DNA of 64,000 bases, taken from contig CAJOHN010000008.1 of NCBI GenBank assembly GCA_905234235.1, forward strand, positions 97,406 through 161,405, in the 5' to 3' direction. The stretch is from an uncultured Selenomonadaceae bacterium. GTDB lineage: Bacteria; Bacillota; Negativicutes; Selenomonadales; Selenomonadaceae. The notes under the pieces were generated by a model. That model had not been told where the DNA came from and ran no database searches. It saw only the letters and a program-made list of their open reading frames with translations. Position 1 is the stretch's first letter. Every line of letters begins with the position of its first letter. A program made the translations under genes and the position numbers. Positions 38,648 through 47,985 of the stretch are shown here, piece by piece.

Positions 38648-38929
38648 TTACTTCAGAAGAATCGCGATAACCATTGCGGCGATACCGATTATAACGGCGA
38701 TAGAAGTATTGCGGACGTGCTTGCCCATGCCGTCAATCTTGGCATCCATATTTTTTTGCATGTCTTTCATGTCTTGGCGAATTTCTCGAATGTCAGCGTC
38801 TTGCCTTTGCCGCGCTTCACGACTTTCCGCAATGAACATGTCAAGTTTAGTTATTACGTTGCTTACTTGCTGTTCGAGCGTCGTTACTTTCGTTTCGAGT
38901 TTATCAACTCGCGTTTCAATGTCCGCCAT
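38648..38929 (-). CDS. XhlA-like small coiled-coil protein with a C-terminal TM anchor
   Basis: ADIETRVDKLETKVTTLEQQVSNVITKLD coiled coil and the SIAVIIGIAAMVIAILL TM segment. ATG at 38929 preferred over GTG at 38938. Confidence 0.5.
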   Translation of the reverse strand: MADIETRVDKLETKVTTLEQQVSNVITKLDMFIAESREARQRQDADIREIRQDMKDMQKNMDAKIDGMGKHVRNTSIAVIIGIAAMVIAILLK

Positions 38930-38968
38930 GATAATCACCGCCCTTCTGATGAGCAGTTTGGAATTTGT

Positions 38969-40906
38969 TTAGAAATTGACAATCGCGCTGAAGTCTTGAG
39001 CTTTGAGGCTCGCGCCGCCGACCAATGCGCCGTCAACGTTAGGTTGTTGCATGAGGTCTTTAATCGTTGCAGGTTTAACCGAGCCGCCGTATTGAATGCG
39101 AATCGCGTCCGCCGCTTCTTGCCCGAACTTCTTAGCAACAGCTTCGCGGATAGCTTTGCAGACTTCCTCAGCCTGTTCAAAGGTTGCAGTTTTGCCGGTG
39201 CCAATCGCCCAAATCGGCTCGTAAGCGATAACGAGTTTCTTGACTTCCGCAGGCGTGAATCCGTCAAGGTCTTTCTCAATCTGTCCGACGACGTGAGCAA
39301 TATAAGTATTAGCCTCGCGAATTTCAAGCGGTTCGCCACAGCAGATTATCGGGGTAATGCCCGCGTTGAAAGCAGCTTTGGCACGTTTGTTGACGCCTTC
39401 ATCAGTCTCGCCGAAATAATCGCGACGTTCGCTGTGTCCGAGAATGACATAATCAACGCCAATCTCATTGAGCATGCCGGTAGAAATTTCGCCGGTGAAT
39501 GCGCCTTTGGCTTCCCAGTGAACGTTCTGCGCGGCAACGTGAATGTTGGTGGATTTAACAGCCGCCGCAACAGCCGCAAGCGCAGTAGCAGTCGGAGCAA
39601 CGACAACGCGGCACTCAGCATTTTTAACGAGCGGAATCAATTCTTCGACGAGCGCGACGCCCTGTTTAATGGTGTTGTTCATCTTCCAGTTGCCCGCGAT
39701 AATCGGAGTGCGTCCGACGCCGTCAATCGCGTCAATGCCGGGCAGAACTTTGCCTTCGAGGTATTCGAGGGTTGCGCCGCCGCCGGTGGAGATATGGGAA
39801 ATTTTCTTATCGAGACCGGTTTTCTTCAACGCCGCAATGGAGTCGCCGCCACCGACGATTGAAATCGCGCCTTTCTCAGTAGCTTCAGCGACAGCCGCCG
39901 CAACTGCGAGCGTGCCTTTAGCGAAGTTATCAAATTCAAAGACGCCCATAGGTCCGTTCCAAATAATCGTCTTCGCGCCTTCGAGGGCTTTGACGTATTC
40001 TTCGGAAGTCTTTTCGCCGCTGTCGAGACCCATCCAATCATCGGGGCACTGGTCAACGGGAACAGTTTTGAACTCTGCATCAGCCGCAAATTTATTGGCA
40101 ACGACGAGATCAACGGGCAGGACAACTTTAACGCCCTTAGCCGCCGCTTTTTCGAGCAGGGATTTAGCGAGTTCAATCTTATCCGCTTCGAGGAGAGATT
40201 TGCCGACGCCGTAACCTTTAGCCTTGTCGAAGGTGTGAGCCATGCCGCCGCCGATAATAATCGTATCGACTTTGTCAATCATGTTGCTGATGACGCCGAT
40301 TTTATCGGAAACTTTCGCGCCGCCGATGATGCCGACGAACGGACGTTGCGGAGCCTCAAGGGTCTTGCCGATGTAGTTAATTTCTTTTTCCATGAGGAAA
40401 CCGGAAGCGGTTTCGAGGAAATGGGTAATGCCGACATTGGAGGCGTGAGCGCGGTGAGCCATGCCGAATGCGTCATTAACAGCGATGTCAGCGAGTGCGG
40501 CGAGTTGTTTCGCGAACTTGGGATTGTTTTTCTTTTCTTCCTTGTGATAGCGAAGGTTCTCAAGCAAGAGAATTTCGCCGGGTTGGAGAGCGGCGGCGGC
40601 TTTTTCTGCGGGTTCGCCAATGCAATCTTCTGCCCATTTGACTTCGCGTCCGAGAATTTCAGCGAGTTTCTTAGCGATAGGTTTGGTGGAGAATTTGGGC
40701 TCGCGAGCTTCGGTGGGTCTGCCGAGATGGCAACCGATAATTACAGCCGCGCCCTGTTCAAGCAGATAGTTGAGAGTCGGGAGCGTCGCGTCAATGCGTT
40801 TGGTATTGGTGATGTTCTGGTTTTCGTCCATAGGAACGTTGTAGTCGACGCGAAGGAATACCTTTTTGCCTTTCAAGTTGATGTCGCGAATGTTTTTCTT
40901 GTTCAT
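38969..40906 (-). CDS. pgk/tpiA: Bifunctional phosphoglycerate kinase / triosephosphate isomerase fusion
   Basis: PGK ([23 protein letters not shown]) runs without a stop into TIM ([33 protein letters not shown]). Confidence 0.92.
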   Translation of the reverse strand: MNKKNIRDINLKGKKVFLRVDYNVPMDENQNITNTKRIDATLPTLNYLLEQGAAVIIGCHLGRPTEAREPKFSTKPIAKKLAEILGREVKWAEDCIGEPAEKAAAALQPGEILLLENLRYHKEEKKNNPKFAKQLAALADIAVNDAFGMAHRAHASNVGITHFLETASGFLMEKEINYIGKTLEAPQRPFVGIIGGAKVSDKIGVISNMIDKVDTIIIGGGMAHTFDKAKGYGVGKSLLEADKIELAKSLLEKAAAKGVKVVLPVDLVVANKFAADAEFKTVPVDQCPDDWMGLDSGEKTSEEYVKALEGAKTIIWNGPMGVFEFDNFAKGTLAVAAAVAEATEKGAISIVGGGDSIAALKKTGLDKKISHISTGGGATLEYLEGKVLPGIDAIDGVGRTPIIAGNWKMNNTIKQGVALVEELIPLVKNAECRVVVAPTATALAAVAAAVKSTNIHVAAQNVHWEAKGAFTGEISTGMLNEIGVDYVILGHSERRDYFGETDEGVNKRAKAAFNAGITPIICCGEPLEIREANTYIAHVVGQIEKDLDGFTPAEVKKLVIAYEPIWAIGTGKTATFEQAEEVCKAIREAVAKKFGQEAADAIRIQYGGSVKPATIKDLMQQPNVDGALVGGASLKAQDFSAIVNF

Positions 40907-40939
40907 TAGAAAACCTCCCTATAAGTTTAACCCACTAAT

Positions 40940-40981
40940 CGAAAACGACCCGGCTCAACATTGACGAAGAGCCGAGCCGTC
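40940..40981 (-). terminator. Partial terminator/attenuator hairpin between gap and pgk
   Basis: Minus strand GAC..CGGCTC...GAGCCG.GTC followed by GTTTTCG. Confidence 0.4.
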
Positions 40982-41011
40982 ACATTTTTAATCGTGTTTA
41001 GTTGCTAGTGA

Positions 41012-42040
41012 TTACTTAAGTTCCGCGAAGTACTTAATCGTGCGAACCATCTGGCTGGTGTAGGAGTTCTCGTTGTCATACCAAGAAACGACTTGAACGA
41101 GGGTATTGCCGTCGCCGATTGGGCTGACCATAGTCTGGGTTGCGTCGAAGAGCGAGCCGAATTTCATGCCGATGATGTCGCTGGAGACGATTTCTTCTTC
41201 GTTGTAGCCGAAGGATTCATTAGCCGCCGCTTTCATGGCTTCGTTGATTTGTTCTTTAGTGACTTCGCCTTTGACAACCGCAAAGAGGAGAGTGGTCGAG
41301 CCGGTCGGGGTCGGGACGCGCTGAGCTGCGCCGATGAGTTTGCCCTTGAGTTCGGGGATAACCAAGCCGATAGCTTTAGCTGCGCCGGTGCTGTTCGGGA
41401 CGATGTTGCATGCGCCTGCGCGGGAGCGACGGAGGTCACCTTTACGCTGCGGACCGTCGAGGATCATTTGGTCGCCGGTGTAAGCGTGAATGGTAGCCAT
41501 AATGCCGCTTTGAATCGGAGCGAGTTTGTGGAGAGCCTGAGTCATCGGAGCCAAGCAGTTGGTGGTACAAGAAGCCGCCGAAAGGACTTTCACGTCGGGG
41601 GTAAGGGTTTGATGGTTGACGTTGTAAACGATAGTCGGGAGGTCATTGCCGGCAGGAGCCGAAATAACGACTTTCTTCGCGCCAGCTGCCAAGTGAGCCG
41701 AAGCTTTGTCTTTGCTGGTGTAGAAACCGGTGCACTCGAGGACGACGTCAACTTCATGTTTGCCCCAAGGAATTTCTTTTGCGTCTTTGATGGCGTAGAT
41801 GATGATCTCTTTGCCGTCGACGACGATAGAATTCTCTTTAGCCTCAACCGTGTGTTTGCCTTCGCCGATCTTGCCGCAGAAACCGCCCTGAGCGGTATCA
41901 TACTTGAGAAGGTGAGCGAGCATCTTCGGGCTGGTGAGGTCGTTAATCGCGACAACCTCATAACCCTCTGCGTCGAACATCTGACGGAACGCAAGACGAC
42001 CAATACGACCGAAACCATTGATAGCAACTTTAACAGCCAT
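41012..42040 (-). CDS. gap: Glyceraldehyde-3-phosphate dehydrogenase
   Basis: [29 protein letters not shown]. Confidence 0.94.
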   Translation of the reverse strand: MAVKVAINGFGRIGRLAFRQMFDAEGYEVVAINDLTSPKMLAHLLKYDTAQGGFCGKIGEGKHTVEAKENSIVVDGKEIIIYAIKDAKEIPWGKHEVDVVLECTGFYTSKDKASAHLAAGAKKVVISAPAGNDLPTIVYNVNHQTLTPDVKVLSAASCTTNCLAPMTQALHKLAPIQSGIMATIHAYTGDQMILDGPQRKGDLRRSRAGACNIVPNSTGAAKAIGLVIPELKGKLIGAAQRVPTPTGSTTLLFAVVKGEVTKEQINEAMKAAANESFGYNEEEIVSSDIIGMKFGSLFDATQTMVSPIGDGNTLVQVVSWYDNENSYTSQMVRTIKYFAELK

Positions 42041-42100
42041 TAAAAATACCTCCCTATACACTGTAGAAACTCTTGAAAAATAAGCCTCAACTTGCCGCTA

Positions 42101-42129
42101 ATGTTACACCAAAAGTTTTTGAGTGTCAA
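42101..42129 (-). promoter_or_regulatory. Candidate sigma70 promoter of the gap operon
   Basis: Minus strand TTGACA, 17-nt spacer, TAACAT. Confidence 0.45.
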
Positions 42130-42177
42130 CAAATTTTCGGAACATTTTTATTTCAGTCTCGTTTCATAAAAGTATGT

Positions 42178-42206
42178 TTGCAAATTCAAAATCACTATGC
42201 TATAAT
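42178..42206 (+). promoter_or_regulatory. Sigma70 promoter of the glycosyltransferase gene
   Basis: TTGCAA, 17-nt spacer, TATAAT. Confidence 0.55.
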
Positions 42207-42239
42207 TTCCCAAAAATTTTTCAGATATGGAGAATGCAA

Positions 42240-44552
42240 ATGGAAAAGGAAACTAAGAAAACCAAATCCAAGAAGAAAGTTACAACCGTTGAGGCGGTCG
42301 CGCCTGTCACTAAAAAGAAAAAATCCGCGCCCGTTGTCCCTGTCGCCGAGCCCGAAGTTAAAAAGAAAAAAACTGCGTCGGCTGTCAAGAAGAAAAAATC
42401 CTCTACCGAATCCGTCGAGCCTGCACCGGTAGCGGCTCCGAGTTTGCCGGGCGTATCCGTTATCATTCCGATGTACAATTCTGCGCGGTACATTCTTACC
42501 TGCTTAACGAGCGTCCTTAATCAGACGTTCAAAAACTTTGAGGTTATTTGCGTTGATGATGCTTCGACCGACAACACGGTTGAAATTGTTAAAAAGTTCG
42601 CCGCAAGAGACGGCAGGATTAAAGTCATTCGCCTTTCCAAAAATTCGGGCGGAGCCAGTGAGCCGCGCAACACCGGTATAAAACTAAGTCGCGGAAAATA
42701 TATCGCCTTCCTCGACGCCGACGATATGTACACCAAAACCGCCCTCGAAGAACTTTATACCCTTGCCGAAAAATGGCGTGCAGATGTCGTTCATACCGAG
42801 CAAGTTTACTTCCCTGAAAATAAAACAATCGACGTGACACCCGAAACAAAATTCACGACATTTAGCAAGGAAACCGGCGGCTTTTGTAAGGAGCCGATGC
42901 TTGAAACCGATAACCTCGCCAAGCGCGTGCAGATGTTCTATCAAGGACGTTTCTTCGGCTGGGTTCACAATAAACTTTATCGCCGCGATTTCTTGATGGG
43001 CAAAAATATTTATTTCGACAAACTCCTGACTTCCGAAGATATAATTTTCTATTTCAAAGTCATTTGCACTGCGCCGCGTATCGTTCGCGTCCCGAACATT
43101 GTTTATATTTATCGCAACAATCCCGATTCAATTACGCGCAAAATGGTTACCGTCGAACAATCTTTGCACGCCTTGACGCACCTTATGGTTGAAGGCTCAA
43201 AGATTATGGATGATTTTATGGGCGGTTTTGATTTCTTTGTGAAAAATCCCGGTTATCGTCAGTTGCCGGTTGATTATATCGTTCAGCAGCATTTGATTTG
43301 GACGCAAAAATTTTACGAGAAATACACAACCGCGCAACTCGACGAAGCCGTCCGCAACGAAATTAAAAAATATTGCGGAGAGTTCACGCCGTTCTTTGCT
43401 TACCTTTACAATGCCATTCACACTTACCGCCGCAAACTTACCAAGCATAACGAGGAAGTTAAAGAATTATCGGCGCAGAATAATGCCGTCAGCAAAATGC
43501 CGCTCGTCAGTGTCGTTATCCCCGTTTACAACGCGGCAAAATTTATTCCGCAAGCACTCGGTAGCCTTTTCTATCAAACCATGCAAGATTTTGAGGTTGT
43601 CGTTGTTGATGATGGCTCGACAGATAACAGCGTTGAAGTCGTCGAGAATTTGGCGAAGAAATTTAACGGGCGAATTCGCCTCATCAGGTTGCCGGAAAAT
43701 TCAGGGACGCCCGCCGCGCCGCGTAATCGTGGCATTCAAGCCGCTCGCGGAAAATATATCGCTTTCCTCGACGCTGACGATTTGCTTACCAAAACCGCTC
43801 TTGAAGAATTAACCAAGCTCGCTGAAAAATCGCAGGCTGATGTCGTTCGCTTGCAAAACAACGTCGTTTTATGGGGCGGTAAAATGCGTCCTGTCAACGC
43901 GCCGGGAATAACCGACTTTGCCGCGCTGACTAATCCTCAAAATTTCACGGGACAAACTTATTACAAGAACAGACTGACTCAGCCGACTTTAGAATCTCCG
44001 AATGTCGGCGAACGCGTCAAGAGATGGTTAAGTTTCACGCCGAATAATTTCTGCGCGGCTTGGCTCCAATTCTGCCGTCGCGACTTCCTTATCGACAATC
44101 AAATTTTCTTCGCCAAGAGTGAGGAAGTTTCATTTGCATTCAAGGCGTTCTGCCTCGCGAAGAATTATCTTAACGCGCCCAATGCCGTCAACATTATCAG
44201 ACCGTTGGAAGGTTCATTCACGCGCCAGAGAATCAATCGCCCCGAATACTTCCAAGAAAAAGTTCAGACTTTGAATGAAGGCTTCGGCAGTTTCAAAGCC
44301 GTTATGGACAAAATCAGTTTCTTCAAAGAGCACGAGGATTATCGCTACGGGGTTCTTGATTGGTTTGCTAATTATGTGATTCAGAGCACGCTGATTTTCT
44401 ACGCGCAGAATCCCACCTTCAAGCTTAACGGGCTTATCGAAGATAAATTCAATGACGACACGCCGCTTGCCGCTTACTTGTTTAATGCGGTCAATCAGCA
44501 TCGCCTGCAGATTTTGAAACTTCAACGGGAACTCGCCACGCTTAAGAAATAA
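42240..44552 (+). CDS. Tandem family-2 glycosyltransferase with a Lys-rich N-terminal tail
   Basis: Two GT2 cores: VSVIIPMYNSARYI...VDDASTDNT...FLDADD and VSVVIPVYNAAKFI...VDDGSTDNS...FLDADD. ATG at 42240 is 7 nt after GGAG. Confidence 0.8.
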   Translation: MEKETKKTKSKKKVTTVEAVAPVTKKKKSAPVVPVAEPEVKKKKTASAVKKKKSSTESVEPAPVAAPSLPGVSVIIPMYNSARYILTCLTSVLNQTFKNFEVICVDDASTDNTVEIVKKFAARDGRIKVIRLSKNSGGASEPRNTGIKLSRGKYIAFLDADDMYTKTALEELYTLAEKWRADVVHTEQVYFPENKTIDVTPETKFTTFSKETGGFCKEPMLETDNLAKRVQMFYQGRFFGWVHNKLYRRDFLMGKNIYFDKLLTSEDIIFYFKVICTAPRIVRVPNIVYIYRNNPDSITRKMVTVEQSLHALTHLMVEGSKIMDDFMGGFDFFVKNPGYRQLPVDYIVQQHLIWTQKFYEKYTTAQLDEAVRNEIKKYCGEFTPFFAYLYNAIHTYRRKLTKHNEEVKELSAQNNAVSKMPLVSVVIPVYNAAKFIPQALGSLFYQTMQDFEVVVVDDGSTDNSVEVVENLAKKFNGRIRLIRLPENSGTPAAPRNRGIQAARGKYIAFLDADDLLTKTALEELTKLAEKSQADVVRLQNNVVLWGGKMRPVNAPGITDFAALTNPQNFTGQTYYKNRLTQPTLESPNVGERVKRWLSFTPNNFCAAWLQFCRRDFLIDNQIFFAKSEEVSFAFKAFCLAKNYLNAPNAVNIIRPLEGSFTRQRINRPEYFQEKVQTLNEGFGSFKAVMDKISFFKEHEDYRYGVLDWFANYVIQSTLIFYAQNPTFKLNGLIEDKFNDDTPLAAYLFNAVNQHRLQILKLQRELATLKK

Positions 44553-44559
44553 CAATTCC

Positions 44560-44588
44560 TTGACATAAAAATTTCTCCGTCATATTAT
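44560..44588 (+). promoter_or_regulatory. Sigma70 promoter of the MATE-rib operon
   Basis: TTGACA, 17-nt spacer, TATTAT. Overlaps the terminator hairpin of the upstream gene. Confidence 0.5.
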
Positions 44589-44605
44589 CGGCGGAGATTT
44601 TTTTT
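44574..44605 (+). terminator. Rho-independent terminator
   Basis: TCTCCG/CGGAGA stem followed by T8. Confidence 0.55.
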
Positions 44606-44617
44606 AGGAGAATTTCT

Positions 44618-45979
44618 ATGCAAGCTCAAGATAACGGCGCAGTCAAAGATTTAACGGTCGGGGAACCTGCGCGGCTGATTTTTTATTTTACGTTACCGCT
44701 GTTGGCGGGCAATGTTTTTCAGCAACTGTTCGGATTCGTCGACACGCTGATAGTCGGCAGATATTTAGGCGTTGAGGCATTGGCGGCAGTCGGTTGCACG
44801 GGTTCGCTGATGTTTTTAATGTTAGGATTCGTCGGCGGCATGACCAGCGGCTTTTCGATTTGCACGGGACAAAGTTTTGGCGCGAAAAATTTTGACGGCG
44901 TGCGGAAGAGTGCGGCAATTTGTATCGGGTTGAGTTTTGCGGCGTCGGTTGTGCTGACGGTTATCGGCGTAACTTTTTGCCGAGATTTATTAATCGCGAT
45001 GGACACTCCGCCCGAAATTTTAGACGGCGCGTACGATTTTATTTCAATCGTTTATGGCGGCGTCGTGATGTTTGTCTTCCTGCAAATGTTGACGAATTTA
45101 ATCCGTGCGCTCGGCGATAGTAAAATGCCGACGGTTATTCAAGCGGTGACGCTTTGCATAAATATTCTACTTGAACCGGTTGCGATTATCGGCTTGGATT
45201 TAGGGATACCGGGCTCGGCGGCGGCTACGATTGTTGCTTTGACTCTCGGAAATATTTTGTGCATCGTCTACATTAAAAAGCGCGTGCCTTATCTTCATGT
45301 AACCCGCGCAGATTTCAAGTTCGACAAGGAATTTTTAATTGAGCATATGAAAATCGGCTTGCCAATGGGTTTTCAATCGTCAATCATAGCGATAGGCGCG
45401 GTCGTATTGCAAATTGCATTAAACGGATTGGGAAGCGTGGCAGTAGCTGCATTCGCGGCGGCGCACAGAGTTGACGGGATAGCCGTAATGCCGATGATGT
45501 CATTCGGCGTGGCGATGGCGGCTTACACGGCGCAGAACTTCGGAGCTAAACAATTCGGGCGAATCGTCGACGGCGTAAAAAAATGCGTTTTGATGTCGTG
45601 TTCGTTCAGCGTATTGGTCGCGGTGTTCAATATTTATTTGGGCGCGGAGATAATTGAATTATTCGTGGGCGCGGAGGCGGTACAAGTCATTGAGTACGGG
45701 CGGCTGTTTTTAATCATCACGGGCATATCGTATTGGGCGTTGGCGTTGCTGTTTATTTTTAGGTTCACGTTGCAAGGATTAGGGCAGAGTTTTGTTCCGA
45801 CGCTGGCGGGGATTGTCGAATTGGTAATGAGAATAGCGGCGGCGATTTTCTTAGTCGATTGGCTGGGATTTTTAGGCGCGTGTTTAGCGGCACCGATGGC
45901 TTGGATAGGCGGGCTGTTGCCGTTAGCGGTTGCGTTCTTCATGACTTCGAGAAAACTTTTGCGAGGTGAAAAATTTTGA
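44618..45979 (+). CDS. MATE family efflux transporter
   Basis: 12-TM protein. N-terminal PLLAGNVFQQLFGFVDTLIVGRYLG MatE pattern, with an internal repeat. Confidence 0.85.
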   Translation: MQAQDNGAVKDLTVGEPARLIFYFTLPLLAGNVFQQLFGFVDTLIVGRYLGVEALAAVGCTGSLMFLMLGFVGGMTSGFSICTGQSFGAKNFDGVRKSAAICIGLSFAASVVLTVIGVTFCRDLLIAMDTPPEILDGAYDFISIVYGGVVMFVFLQMLTNLIRALGDSKMPTVIQAVTLCINILLEPVAIIGLDLGIPGSAAATIVALTLGNILCIVYIKKRVPYLHVTRADFKFDKEFLIEHMKIGLPMGFQSSIIAIGAVVLQIALNGLGSVAVAAFAAAHRVDGIAVMPMMSFGVAMAAYTAQNFGAKQFGRIVDGVKKCVLMSCSFSVLVAVFNIYLGAEIIELFVGAEAVQVIEYGRLFLIITGISYWALALLFIFRFTLQGLGQSFVPTLAGIVELVMRIAAAIFLVDWLGFLGACLAAPMAWIGGLLPLAVAFFMTSRKLLRGEKF

Positions 45980-47058
45980 CGGACGAAATTTTTATGCGGG
46001 AAGCGTTGAGGGTAGCGCGGAATGCTGAGGGGCGAACTTCGCCGAATCCGTTAGTTGGGGCGGTTATCGTCAAGCATGGGAAAATTATCGCGGAGGGTTG
46101 GCATAGAAAAGCGGGGACGCCTCACGCAGAAATTCACGCGTTGAACATGGCGGGCGAGCTTGCAAAAGATTCTACGCTTTACGTGACGTTGGAACCGTGT
46201 TCGCATTTCGGGAGGACGCCGCCTTGTGCAAATAAAATTGTCGACGCGGGGATTAAAAAAGTTGTTGCGGCGATGAAAGATCCGAATCCTAAAGTTGCGG
46301 GGCGCGGCTTTGAAATTTTAAGGACAGCCGGCGTCGAGGTTGAAGTTGGAATTTTAGAGGCGGAGGCGCAAAAACTTAACGAGGTTTTTATAAAATGGGT
46401 GACGAAAAATTTGCCGTTCGTGACGATGAAATTTGCTTGCTCACTCGACGGGAAAATTGCTACGGTCGGCGGCGAATCTCAATGGATAAGTTGCGAGGCG
46501 TCGAGGAAATTCACTCATCACCTGCGCGACATCAACGACGCAATTTTAGTTGGGATTGGAACTGTGCTTGCCGATAATCCGAGCTTGACGACGCGATTAG
46601 TTGACGGGAAAAATCCTGTTCGCGTGATTGTCGACAGCAACGCCAAAATTCCGCTTGACGCAAAAGTTTTAGATAAATCTGCGCGGACAATAATCGCGAC
46701 GACTGAGAATGCTTCGCGTGAAAAAATTTCTGCACTTAAAAATCGCGGCCTCGAAATAATTTTTGCGGGCGACGGTGAACGCGTTGACTTGAAAATTTTA
46801 ATGGAAAAGTTAGCCGCGCAGGAGATAACTTCGATATTGGTTGAGGGCGGCGGCACGATTAATTTTTCTATGCTGAAAGCGGGGCTTGTCGATAAAATTT
46901 TTGCGTTCGTCGCGCCAAAGATTATCGGTGGTAAAAATGCGCTGACGGCGGTTGAAGGCGCGGGCTTTGAAAAATTATTGGAGGCGGTCGCGTTGAAAAA
47001 TTTAACGGCTGAACGTCTCGGCGAAGATATTTTAATCAGCGGTTACACGGAGGCTTGA
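45976..47058 (+). CDS. ribD: Bifunctional riboflavin deaminase/reductase
   Basis: HAEIHAL...PCSHFGRTPPC deaminase zinc motif plus a C-terminal reductase domain. TTG start overlaps the MATE stop. Confidence 0.9.
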   Translation: MTDEIFMREALRVARNAEGRTSPNPLVGAVIVKHGKIIAEGWHRKAGTPHAEIHALNMAGELAKDSTLYVTLEPCSHFGRTPPCANKIVDAGIKKVVAAMKDPNPKVAGRGFEILRTAGVEVEVGILEAEAQKLNEVFIKWVTKNLPFVTMKFACSLDGKIATVGGESQWISCEASRKFTHHLRDINDAILVGIGTVLADNPSLTTRLVDGKNPVRVIVDSNAKIPLDAKVLDKSARTIIATTENASREKISALKNRGLEIIFAGDGERVDLKILMEKLAAQEITSILVEGGGTINFSMLKAGLVDKIFAFVAPKIIGGKNALTAVEGAGFEKLLEAVALKNLTAERLGEDILISGYTEA

Positions 47059-47672
47059 ACTTGGACATAAAAAAAGAACTGCCACATTTTTATATCGGCA
47101 ACTCATTGGGCGGGCAACAGGAATGGTATTCGCGAATCACAGATTTTGGAATGCACGTCGGCGGTTGCGCGGCGATAACGGCTTGCGACTGCGCAATTTA
47201 CTTTGAAAAATATTTTAATCTGCGCGGCTTGTACCCTTTTGATTTGGAAAAAATTTCGCGCGAAGATTATTTGCGCTTCGGAAAAATTATGGAGCCGTAT
47301 TTATATCCGCGTTGGTCGGGCGTCGACAAGTTGGAAATTTATCTTGACGGCTTCGGAAATTTTTTGAGAGACAGAGGCGTTAAAATAAAAATGCGCGGTT
47401 GGAGCGGCGAAAATAATTTCTTGGAGACTTGCAAGATAATTTCCGCGCAAATTGACGCCGGTTATCCTCTGCCGTGTTTGAATTTGAATCATCAGGCGCG
47501 GATTTTGCAGGATTATGTTTGGCACTGGTTTATTTTGAACGGCTACGAAATTCGCGACGAAAAATTTTTCGTCAAGGCGGTTTCATATGGGATTGGACGT
47601 TGGTTTGACTTCGCGACTTTGTGGGATACGGGTTACGAGCGGAAAGGCGGGCTGATTCTGTTTGAAATTTGA
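47055..47672 (+). CDS. Hypothetical protein, possible papain-like (C39/BtrH_N-like) Cys-His fold
   Basis: HVGGCAAITACDCAIY (candidate nucleophile) and VWHWFILNGYE (candidate His). Weak, by eye only. Confidence 0.4.
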   Translation: MNLDIKKELPHFYIGNSLGGQQEWYSRITDFGMHVGGCAAITACDCAIYFEKYFNLRGLYPFDLEKISREDYLRFGKIMEPYLYPRWSGVDKLEIYLDGFGNFLRDRGVKIKMRGWSGENNFLETCKIISAQIDAGYPLPCLNLNHQARILQDYVWHWFILNGYEIRDEKFFVKAVSYGIGRWFDFATLWDTGYERKGGLILFEI

Positions 47673-47943
47673 CTGCGACAGGTGCGGCGCGTGTTGCAAA
47701 AATATTCGGCTCTCGAATTTCTCTGCTGAATTGGACAGGGGCGACGGCGTCTGCAAATATTTGACGGCAGAAAATCTTTGTGCGATTTACGACGAACGAC
47801 CAATTTTCTGCAACGTCGACGCTTACTACGAAAAATTTTTATCGGATAAAATGAGCCGCGCAGATTTCCATAAAATAAATCATTCGGCGTGCGAAAAACT
47901 TAAAAAAAATTTGACAGCGCAAGTTAATCGTGCTATTTTTTAG
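47662..47943 (+). CDS. YkgJ-family CxxCxxCC cysteine-cluster protein
   Basis: DCDRCGACCKN N-terminal cluster plus later Cys residues (CKYL, CAIY, FCNVD). TTG start. Confidence 0.55.
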   Translation: MKFDCDRCGACCKNIRLSNFSAELDRGDGVCKYLTAENLCAIYDERPIFCNVDAYYEKFLSDKMSRADFHKINHSACEKLKKNLTAQVNRAIF

Positions 47944-47985
47944 TTGTTTGGAGCGTCAAGGCGATTAATTTTTACGGAGGAAAAA

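Noticed and set aside
38717-39862. 381-aa ORF on the plus strand
   Set aside because: It lies entirely antisense to the well-supported pgk::tpi gene. The translation is low complexity (R/N/F/A-rich) with no motif. This is a typical shadow ORF of a GC3-biased gene.
41093-42043. 316-aa plus-strand ORF. Similar long antisense ORFs occur at 23094-23951, 30956-32110, 16616-17236 and 24897-25610.
   Set aside because: All are mirror-frame ORFs opposite strongly supported genes (gap, pyk, TPR protein, fliD, C-domain). None has an RBS or a motif.
44553-44617. Expected FMN riboswitch upstream of the rib genes (also checked 45900-45990 and 47940-47990)
   Set aside because: The spacers are too short and show no FMN-aptamer-like conserved segments by eye. 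The absence is reported as part of a finding and should be confirmed with a covariance model.
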